Source of the DNA: a virus
Lineage: Duplodnaviria; Caudoviricetes
Strand: one strand, 5' to 3'
Virus record (IMG/VR): IMGVR_UViG_3300033067_001258
Location: 1 to 24,286 of that record
DNA: 24,286 bases
Each line of letters starts with the position of its first letter. The stretch's first letter is position 1. Of this stretch, positions 17,959 through 24,286 are shown piece after piece. The notes under the pieces were generated by a model. It did not search any database. It worked only from the letters and a program-made list of their open reading frames with translations, and was not told the DNA's origin. A program made the position numbers and the translations under genes.

Positions 17959-18235
17959 AGTTCCACTGATATCCGGGATCGCGGGAACGAACGGACCCCA
18001 GCCCGTCGCGCTCGATCTGCTTGCGCGCCTGCGTCTCTGCCGCCAGGCACATCGTGCGAAAGTCGTACAGCTGGCCGTCAGCATCGGCAAACACATGCGG
18101 GTCCTTGGCGCTGAACATCACGCCCCGGGTAGGCCAGAGGGTGACCGCACGCCCGTTGACGAACCCGCGAAGCGCCTTGGCGTTCCGCTGCTTCCGGTAG
18201 TGCTTGGCGCGGTATCGATTGCGCTTGCTGGGCAT
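17900..18235 (-). CDS. Hypothetical basic protein
   Basis: GAGGA SD before ATG 18235 (alternative start 18241); N-terminus KRNRYRAKHYRKQR. Confidence 0.65.
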   Translation of the reverse strand: MPSKRNRYRAKHYRKQRNAKALRGFVNGRAVTLWPTRGVMFSAKDPHVFADADGQLYDFRTMCLAAETQARKQIERDGLGSVRSRDPGYQWNFNPPRMTQDLSAELSPSKR

Positions 18236-18353
18236 GGTCATTTCCTCAAACCGCCCCCCGGCCTAGACGCGCCGAAGCTCGTCCCGACATGCAGCCGACT
18301 TTCAACCGGGCAGGCAGTGCCCCAATCCTACCCCCACCTTGCCACCGTTGAAA

Positions 18354-18878
18354 TCACCGTTGATTCCGCGACAGCCACCACCTGCCCAGCAGAGCCGCGT
18401 CCGCCACGTCTCCCGCATGGGTCTTTGGCCCAAACTGATCTGCTGGCACGTTGAAGGCGTAGGACGCCATCTGCACCCGCTTGGACTTGTACGGGTCGGC
18501 CGCAGTCTTGCCCCTGATACCGACCGCCCACGTGTCCACCGGCACCAGGTCGGGCGTGTAGCCCATCACGTCCGCCGCGACGATGGCGGCGCCGACGGCC
18601 CCCCCGTACATCGGCAGGGTCATGGTCGATCGTTGGGCCTTGGGACCACCGCGCGGCCTTGCAAACGGCGTCTCGATGACCACGGCTTCGGCTTTGTGCC
18701 CGCCCCTCCCGTGCCGCAGGAGTTCTTGGATTTGTCTGGCGATGGAGGCGCAGCGTGCCCAGCCGTCGCCTTCTGGTCGGATCGTGCCAGCCTCAAGGAG
18801 CCGGGGCTCTGGGTGCGCCGCTTGGACGAACGCGTAGCCGGTGCAGCCAATGCCTGGGTCTAGGGCGAGGACGATCAT
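18354..18878 (-). CDS. ruvC: RuvC-like Holliday junction resolvase
   Basis: True start ATG 18878 (ATGA overlap). Motifs MIVLALDPGIGCTGYA, VIETPF and DVADAALLG carry the D-E-D-D acidic set. Confidence 0.88.
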   Translation of the reverse strand: MIVLALDPGIGCTGYAFVQAAHPEPRLLEAGTIRPEGDGWARCASIARQIQELLRHGRGGHKAEAVVIETPFARPRGGPKAQRSTMTLPMYGGAVGAAIVAADVMGYTPDLVPVDTWAVGIRGKTAADPYKSKRVQMASYAFNVPADQFGPKTHAGDVADAALLGRWWLSRNQR

Positions 18879-19111
18879 GGATTCCACCTCTGCCTCGCAT
18901 CGGCACCGAACACGCAGCCAGCGTTCGCCCTGGCGAACTCCCGGACCGCCCGGTACGCGCCAGGCATCACCTCCACGCGGACCGTCACCTGTCCGGGGCG
19001 TCTCAGGGTGTAAACGATCGCCCAGACGCCGAAGGTGTTCATCAGGAAGAACCACAGCCGCTCGTAAATCCAGATCGGGCGGTAGGTGATTTGCTTGTCC
19101 TCTTCCATCAT
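18875..19111 (-). CDS. Small hypothetical protein, possibly membrane-associated
   Basis: MMEEDKQITYRPIW...; AGGAG SD; ATGA overlaps at both ends. Confidence 0.6.
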   Translation of the reverse strand: MMEEDKQITYRPIWIYERLWFFLMNTFGVWAIVYTLRRPGQVTVRVEVMPGAYRAVREFARANAGCVFGADARQRWNP

Positions 19112-19269
19112 CGCGCTCCTTGTCCCATCCCCACCAGCATCGCGCACACGCCCACAAACACGATCAGGAGCACCATCAGGATCACACGCCGCAGGATCGC
19201 CGCGTCCCGCTCCATGCCCCCGGTGGTGTCCGACCACCACTCCCATCCGCCCTCGTCGTCACGGTTCAC
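19108..19269 (-). CDS. Small single-TM membrane protein (53 aa)
   Basis: GTG 19269 overlaps the upstream TGA; TM segment VILMVLLIVFVGVCAMLVGM. This is the 3' end of the 367-aa track ORF, whose remainder is shadow sequence. Confidence 0.55.
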   Translation of the reverse strand: MNRDDEGGWEWWSDTTGGMERDAAILRRVILMVLLIVFVGVCAMLVGMGQGAR

Positions 19270-20153
19270 GCTTGCACCCCTTCCGCCGGCAGGCCCAGCA
19301 GCTTCCGCGCCTCGTTGTCCTGACGCGACACGGCCAGCCTCGGGTTCCCGGGCGTGCCCGGCCTCCAGGTCTCGGCCCCGATCGCGGACACCATGCCGCT
19401 GACCGCTTGGGGCAGTCCCTTCTTCGCATCCCATCCCGGCCAGTACACCGTGGACCAGTCCCCGCGCTGGTCCCAGATCAGCACCTTCGCGGGGTCGGGG
19501 CGAGCGACCTGCTTCCATGCGGGGTGCTTGGCGTCGGTGAACGACCGCTCCACCGTCTGGCGCTCGATGACGTGATGGGTCACCAGCTCGCCCAGCGCGT
19601 TGTACATCGCGGGGCTCCACATGCCCTCGACGCCGAAAGGCAGCCCCGCTCGCCTTTGGCTGTCGCCGACCGCCTTCAGTGCGTCGATGAACGGTTCGGC
19701 CTTGGCCACAGCCGCGGCGTCGATGATGAGCCCGCAGGCCAGACGCCAGCACTCGGACCCGTACAGCATCACCGCAGCCTTCGCCACTTGCGGATCCGGA
19801 GTGTCTTGCGCCGAGCCGATGTACAGGATGACCCGCACCCCGCGCCGCACCAGTGTGCGGACCAGCTCTCGCACGGACTCCACATACGTCTCGGGCAGGA
19901 AGCGGGCCGAGTCGGCGCGGCTCAGACCGTTGATGATCCCGGTCGGAAACTGGATGATGACCTCGTCGCCCGCCTTGAACTGGTCCAACGGCAGGCGTCC
20001 GCCGACGCTCCTGCTGAACAGGACCATCGCGCCGAGCGGGTCGCAGAAGATGCTGCCCGGGATGCCGATGGGGTTGTGGAGGGTGTCGTCCGAGTAGGTG
20101 ACGCACGTAGACACGGCGCACCAGTACGAAGGCTTGGTGGGTTGGGTGGTCAC
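19266..20153 (-). CDS. Hypothetical alpha/beta protein (TIM-barrel/glycoside-hydrolase-like?)
   Basis: 295 aa, AAGGAG SD, GTGA coupling; repeating beta/alpha units (GVRVILYIGS, GLIIDA, FGVEG). Confidence 0.6.
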   Translation of the reverse strand: MTTQPTKPSYWCAVSTCVTYSDDTLHNPIGIPGSIFCDPLGAMVLFSRSVGGRLPLDQFKAGDEVIIQFPTGIINGLSRADSARFLPETYVESVRELVRTLVRRGVRVILYIGSAQDTPDPQVAKAAVMLYGSECWRLACGLIIDAAAVAKAEPFIDALKAVGDSQRRAGLPFGVEGMWSPAMYNALGELVTHHVIERQTVERSFTDAKHPAWKQVARPDPAKVLIWDQRGDWSTVYWPGWDAKKGLPQAVSGMVSAIGAETWRPGTPGNPRLAVSRQDNEARKLLGLPAEGVQA

Positions 20154-20395
20154 TTGCGGGGCTCCTTGCGGAGAGCGGCCACCTCAGCGTCCATCGCGTG
20201 CACCGCGTCAATCGCTTTTTGCATCCGGACGCGGTTCGCCCTGGGTTTCCTTCTCCATGCGGAACACGCAGCCAACAACTCGCTCACAATTCGCACCTGA
20301 CGCTTGCGGCGATCCGCAGTAGCTCGGGCCTCCAATGCCTCTTCGGCCGTCAAGCCGGTTGCCTTGTCGATCGCGGCCTCGATTGGGGTTCTCAT
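20150..20395 (-). CDS. Hypothetical helical protein
   Basis: 81 aa, AAGGAG SD, coupled on both sides. Confidence 0.7.
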   Translation of the reverse strand: MRTPIEAAIDKATGLTAEEALEARATADRRKRQVRIVSELLAACSAWRRKPRANRVRMQKAIDAVHAMDAEVAALRKEPRK

Positions 20396-21249
20396 GCGTT
20401 CTCCTTGAAAACGTCCCGGATGCGCCGGGTGGTGATGTCGATCTGGTTCTGTCGGATGTCGATGCCGATGGCGTTCCGCCCGTGCTTCAGCGCCGCGAGG
20501 ATCGTGGTCCCCGACCCGCAGAACGGGTCCAGCACCGTCCCGCCAGGCGGGCAGCAGGAGCGGATGAAGAACTCGGGCACCTTCTCGGGGAACGGAGCCT
20601 CGTTCTCATGCGCGAGCTTGTGGCCCATGTTGCCGCCACCCGCAGCACCGCAGTCGATCACGTTGCCGGGGTTTGCAATCTGAGGAGGACGGAAAAGTCC
20701 GTCCCGAAGTCGCTCGCCGTTGGGCTTACGCCGCGTTTGAACTTTTGCGTTGATCCGCGAGCCGTCCGCAAGCCGGTGAGACGGAGGGCCACCCGGGCCG
20801 TAGACCGGGGGCTTGCCCATCGCCGTGTTGTCGCTCCACGGCAGCCGCCCATGCGTCGCGCACACGCAGAACTCGTAGTCGTTCCGGAACCAATCCGGCC
20901 CGCCGCTGCCGGGGATCCCCACACGCGAGTACGCCGGAGGCTTCCGCAGCTTCACCCCGCGCCGGTGCAGATCCGCCATCATCAGCGCCGGAGTCGCCGA
21001 CCACTGGTAGTCCCGCGTCTGGCCCTCCACGACCCAGACCACGGCACCCCGCGAGACCCGGTAGCACTCGATGAATCGCTCCACCGCCCAATCCACCCAC
21101 GCCTGCCCGGACAACGCGAACCCGATGCCGTAGGTCCGCGCGGACTCGTACGGCGGGCTGGTCACGATCAGGTCCACGCTCGCGTCGGGCATGCGCCGCA
21201 GACGTTCCAGGCAGTCGCCGACGAAGAGGTTGTAGGTGCCGCCCTTCAT
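20392..21249 (-). CDS. DNA N4-cytosine/N6-adenine methyltransferase, beta class
   Basis: GDCLE...DLIVTSPPY (motif IV) precedes APFPE and VLDPFCGSGTT (motif I). SPPY favours m4C. Confidence 0.93.
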   Translation of the reverse strand: MKGGTYNLFVGDCLERLRRMPDASVDLIVTSPPYESARTYGIGFALSGQAWVDWAVERFIECYRVSRGAVVWVVEGQTRDYQWSATPALMMADLHRRGVKLRKPPAYSRVGIPGSGGPDWFRNDYEFCVCATHGRLPWSDNTAMGKPPVYGPGGPPSHRLADGSRINAKVQTRRKPNGERLRDGLFRPPQIANPGNVIDCGAAGGGNMGHKLAHENEAPFPEKVPEFFIRSCCPPGGTVLDPFCGSGTTILAALKHGRNAIGIDIRQNQIDITTRRIRDVFKENA

Positions 21250-23039
21250 GCGCTCACCGCCTTGCGCTCAATGCGACCTCTCGGGAACGAGCTCGACACC
21301 AGCGCTCGAACCACCTTCGGATGACACGCGTTGCCGATCAGCCGAACCGCCTCGCGCTGGGTCTTCGGCCAGATGTACCCCGGCGGGAACCCCATCGCCG
21401 CGGCCAGCTCGCGGGGTTTGAGCATCCGGAAGAGGATGTCCAAGATGACGTACTCGGTGCCGGCGATCGCCACGCACACCAGCCCGTGCCGGTCGCGCGT
21501 CGTCACGGTCCCGAGCGGGTCGCTGGCCTTGTGCCCGCCCGCCTCCGACCCGTAGAACTTAATCATCAGCGCCGCCACAAGCGCTGCGTGCCCGCCGCCG
21601 GACACGACCGTCCGCAGCGGTTCACTCACGCCGCCGGTCTGCTTCTCGCCGTGGTTGAGATAAGCCAGCACCGGAGCCACCAGCCCGGTCTGCCCGCCCG
21701 TGGTCACGGTCGGCGTCGGGGCGGTCACCGGCCCGCCGGTGTGATGGGTGGTGTTGTGCATCAGCACCGGGGTCACCACCGCCTGCTTCGCCCCGTTCAC
21801 CGCCGTTCCGAGCAGATCGCCCACGGCCTGGCACCGCGGGCGCTGGCCTTCACGCTCGCCGTAGCCCGTGGTGGCCAGCACCGGCGCGATGATCGCCTGG
21901 TGCCCCTTGGTGGTGATCGTCGGCCCGGGCTCATCGACGCGCTGGCCGAACACCCCGCCGTTCTGGGGCGCGATGATCGGCGTGCACACCGCCAGGTCCT
22001 GCCGCGTCGTCTGCGTCGGCATCGGATCATCGACGCTCGACACCTTCCACCCGCGGCCCTCACCTGTCTGCGTCACGCGCAACAGGAACGGCGCGGGGTC
22101 ATTCAGGACGTAACGCCGGATTCCCTCCGCGATCCGCGCGAGCGTTTTCTCTGCGAGCGGGCGGGGGCGGTCAAAGATTGACCGGCCAAGGTCGGACCAG
22201 TCGATGATTTCGGCTGCAGCGCGGTACTGAGCAACGGGCCCGCGATGGCTTGAACCACGCCTCCGAGCATGGCCGCGATCGCTTCCGCGTCCCCCTCCGC
22301 CTCCACGCTCACCATCTTGATCGTGATCTTGCTTCCCATGTGTCGCCTCCGGCCAGCAGATCGGGAGACCGTCGCGCCTGGCCTGCACGTACAGCCGCTT
22401 TCTCCGGCTCGCCGACCCGAAATCGGCGGCCTCGATGATCTTCCACTCCACCACGTACCCACACCGCTCCAAGCTGCGCTTCCAGCGCCGGAACGTCTGC
22501 CCACGCTTCTCGGGCACGGGCTCAAGGATCGGGCGGCCCGCCTGGTCCTTCACCACCGCGCCGGCCTCATCCGTCCGCGCCCGCACCGGCCCCCACTCGA
22601 GGAACTCCGGCACGTTCTCCACCCAGATCACCCGGGGGGACGCCGCGGACTTGGCCCACTTCACCACCACCCAAGCCAGATCGCGCACGCGCTTGGACAC
22701 CGGCGCCGAGCCGCGGGCGCGGGAGAAGTGTCGGCAATCGGGCGATGCCCACAGGCCCGCGACCGGACGGCCAGCCGCCACCGCCTCGGGCCGGTTGCTC
22801 CACACGTCGCCGTGCCGGTGATTCGTCCAACGGTGGTTGGCCTCGTGCGTCTCGATCGCGGTCTTGCAGTGGTTGACGCACTCGTGCACGATCAGCCCGG
22901 CATCCTCGATGCCCTGCGTCGCGCCGCCGCCGCCAGCAAAGAGATCCACGATGATCTCGTTTGAGGCGACCGCTCCCAACTCGGACGCGGCCACACGCAT
23001 CCGAATCGCAGCGTCGAAATCCAGCAGCCCGCCCTTCAT
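21246..23039 (-). CDS. DNA cytosine-C5 methyltransferase (phage type)
   Basis: Motif I DLFAGGGG, IV SPDC, VI ENV, VIII RRKRLY, IX RMLKPRELAAAMGFP, X IGNA. ATG 23039 has an AAGGAG SD, which the track start 23081 lacks. Confidence 0.93.
   Translation of the reverse strand: MKGGLLDFDAAIRMRVAASELGAVASNEIIVDLFAGGGGATQGIEDAGLIVHECVNHCKTAIETHEANHRWTNHRHGDVWSNRPEAVAAGRPVAGLWASPDCRHFSRARGSAPVSKRVRDLAWVVVKWAKSAASPRVIWVENVPEFLEWGPVRARTDEAGAVVKDQAGRPILEPVPEKRGQTFRRWKRSLERCGYVVEWKIIEAADFGSASRRKRLYVQARRDGLPICWPEATHGKQDHDQDGERGGGGGRGSDRGHARRRGSSHRGPVAQYRAAAEIIDWSDLGRSIFDRPRPLAEKTLARIAEGIRRYVLNDPAPFLLRVTQTGEGRGWKVSSVDDPMPTQTTRQDLAVCTPIIAPQNGGVFGQRVDEPGPTITTKGHQAIIAPVLATTGYGEREGQRPRCQAVGDLLGTAVNGAKQAVVTPVLMHNTTHHTGGPVTAPTPTVTTGGQTGLVAPVLAYLNHGEKQTGGVSEPLRTVVSGGGHAALVAALMIKFYGSEAGGHKASDPLGTVTTRDRHGLVCVAIAGTEYVILDILFRMLKPRELAAAMGFPPGYIWPKTQREAVRLIGNACHPKVVRALVSSSFPRGRIERKAVSA
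22103..22339 (-). CDS. Putative overprinted 78-aa protein nested in the +1 frame of the C5 methyltransferase
   Basis: GGAGG-6 nt-ATG; MGSKITIKMVSVEAEGDAEAIAAMLGGVVQAIAGPLL...; GC3 codon bias switches to this frame. Confidence 0.5.
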   Translation of the reverse strand: MGSKITIKMVSVEAEGDAEAIAAMLGGVVQAIAGPLLSTALQPKSSTGPTLAGQSLTAPARSQRKRSRGSRRESGVTS

Positions 23040-23051
23040 GCCCAGCTCCTT

Positions 23052-23248
23052 GGTCCCGCTATCGCCCGTGCCCGGAACCACGGGACGGGCAACACACCCG
23101 CCCCGTGGCCCCCGGTTTGTCCAATCCCGCCAGCCGCCTTTCAGCAGCGGGCGGACCTTCCTGAGACCTAGAGGGACGGGTCACGGCTTCCCGGCGCGCG
23201 CTCACCCGAGCGAAGGTCCGTCCTCTCACGCCAGCGTTCCGCGCTGGC
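23052..23248 (-). ncRNA. Candidate structured cis-regulatory RNA leader of the methyltransferase genes
   Basis: Dense set of stems with G-U pairs that form only on the minus strand, a GAAA tetraloop and mutually exclusive pairings; no family recognised. Confidence 0.45.
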
Positions 23249-23256
23249 TGTCTGCG

Positions 23257-23478
23257 TCACACCCGCGGCGGCCAGTTCCAGCAGCCCGCCTTGGGCTCCT
23301 CGCTGTACTGCACGCGGTTGAAGAACAGGCCCATCGGGTTCAGCACGCACACCGTGACATCGGTGTCGGAGTGAACCTCGGCGATGACTGCGGCGCGGGG
23401 CACGCTCTTGAACTCTCCGCCGGGAGTGCCGTACGCCTGATAGTGAACGATTCGACCAACGCTCGGCTTCTGATCCAT
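23257..23478 (-). CDS. Conserved small phage hypothetical protein
   Basis: KPSVGRIVHY...RAAVI...WNWPPRV pattern that I recognise from many phage hypotheticals; GAAGGA SD. Confidence 0.8.
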   Translation of the reverse strand: MDQKPSVGRIVHYQAYGTPGGEFKSVPRAAVIAEVHSDTDVTVCVLNPMGLFFNRVQYSEEPKAGCWNWPPRV

Positions 23479-23516
23479 GACCATCCTTCTGCCTGAAGAG
23501 AGTCAGGCGCTCAATC

Positions 23517-23545
23517 CCCCGCGTCGCCTCTCGGCGTTCGCGGGG
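23517..23545 (-). promoter_or_regulatory. GAGA-tetraloop intergenic hairpin
   Basis: Minus strand CCCCGCGAACGCC-GAGA-GGCGACGCGGGG; no good U-tail. Confidence 0.4.
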
Positions 23546-23580
23546 TGCCGGGGGCTAGGCCCCGACGCGCATGTGTGCCG

Positions 23581-24282
23581 TCACGGGCACTCACAAGGCC
23601 CAGTCGTCTTGCATGTGGGGCAACGCGACGGCTCGGCTGTCGGTGCCAGCAACGAGGCGAGGTCCTCGATCAGCGTCGCGGCGGAGACGTGCACGCGGGT
23701 GAACAGCTTGTACATGAGCTCCGGCTCGTTCTCGCCGTACATCAAGACGTGGACCGGACGACCGGCCCCCGCGAACCACCCTGCCTCGGCGTGTGCCGAA
23801 CGCCCGCAGGGCAGCACAAGCACGCAAGCGGCGCACTCCTGCATCGCCTCAAAGTCGGAGCGGAATCCCGCCTCAGCGATGGGGTGACTCAGCGCGTCCC
23901 GGTACGTCTCCGGAGTCCACGACTTCCAAGCCGGGTCGATGTCGCTCCACCGAAACCCGTTGTCGCCAGGACGCGGGTTGCGGAAGTCGTACACCTCGTG
24001 CCCGTTGAGCCTCAACAGTTCAACCACCCTCGGTTGATCGGGGTTCCTCCAAGAACTTGCAACGTAAATCTTCTTCGCGCCAGCGTGGGGCGTCGCCTCT
24101 GGCTTCGTCGCTTCCAGGGCGTTCATCACGTCGTGTCGCAAAACCGACCCCTCAACAAGCACCCGCTGCCTTCCAAGCGGCTTCTCCTCTGTGACCCGCA
24201 CGCTGTTCATGTACACAGCCATGACGCCGCGAGCGTCTGTGTTAACACTGATTTTGACGTACAAATTTGCGCTCTCGCTCAT
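23581..24282 (-). CDS. Nucleoside 2-deoxyribosyltransferase-like (nucleotide N-glycosidase) protein with extra N-terminal domain
   Basis: KIYVASSWRN, GHEVYDF, DFEAM, VLVLPCGRSAHAEAGW (catalytic Glu position) and EPELMY. Confidence 0.8.
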   Translation of the reverse strand: MSESANLYVKISVNTDARGVMAVYMNSVRVTEEKPLGRQRVLVEGSVLRHDVMNALEATKPEATPHAGAKKIYVASSWRNPDQPRVVELLRLNGHEVYDFRNPRPGDNGFRWSDIDPAWKSWTPETYRDALSHPIAEAGFRSDFEAMQECAACVLVLPCGRSAHAEAGWFAGAGRPVHVLMYGENEPELMYKLFTRVHVSAATLIEDLASLLAPTAEPSRCPTCKTTGPCECP

Positions 24283-24286
24283 CGTT

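Noticed and set aside
18354-19157. 267-aa long form of RuvC, or RuvC as a CRISPR/TnpB-type nuclease
   Set aside because: The N-terminal 93 aa overlap a better ORF. The 174-aa core is a stand-alone resolvase without zinc finger or guide-associated features.
20392-23039. Complete restriction-modification system
   Set aside because: No cognate restriction endonuclease is recognisable; orphan phage methyltransferases are the simpler reading.
23149-23230. HDV-like ribozyme or SAH riboswitch identity for the methyltransferase leader
   Set aside because: Only fragmentary resemblance. P2/P3 of the HDV fold and the SAH consensus could not be completed.
1-24286. Stop-codon reassignment
   Set aside because: TGA, TAG and TAA all end genes cleanly, many with ATGA/GTGA coupling, and conserved proteins are full-length in code 11.
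1-24286. CRISPR array, tRNA, integrase/att, IS element, intein, diversity-generating retroelement
   Set aside because: I saw no regularly spaced repeats, cloverleaf, recombinase, transposase or reverse transcriptase motifs, or long near-identical repeat pair. Inspection was by eye only.

Overview
GC-rich segment of a tailed dsDNA phage or prophage with podovirus-like organisation; nearly all genes are on the minus strand and many are translationally coupled (ATGA/GTGA overlaps). Read in transcription order (right to left), it starts with a DNA-modification/early block: a nucleoside 2-deoxyribosyltransferase-like protein, a C5-cytosine methyltransferase, an SPPY-type N4/N6 methyltransferase, hypotheticals and a RuvC-like resolvase. 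A 210-aa protein and an SGNH esterase follow, then terminase small and large subunits, portal, an FmdB-type zinc ribbon, scaffold, major capsid, decoration and head-tail adaptor. The block ends with beta-propeller tail/nozzle proteins interrupted by a lipoprotein and a holin-like gene, and a truncated ejection-protein-like gene at the left edge. The most notable signals are: (i) an apparently overprinted +1-frame gene with its own GGAGG SD nested in the C5 methyltransferase; (ii) a ~200-nt switch-like structured RNA leader in front of the two methyltransferases; (iii) a 13-bp direct repeat exactly bracketing the C5 methyltransferase; (iv) a tail-hub/nozzle protein apparently split across two genes; (v) several GNRA/UUCG-capped intergenic hairpins, some occluding translation starts. 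All family calls come from motif recognition by eye, with no database search. The host is unknown; a planctomycete-like host is only a guess.
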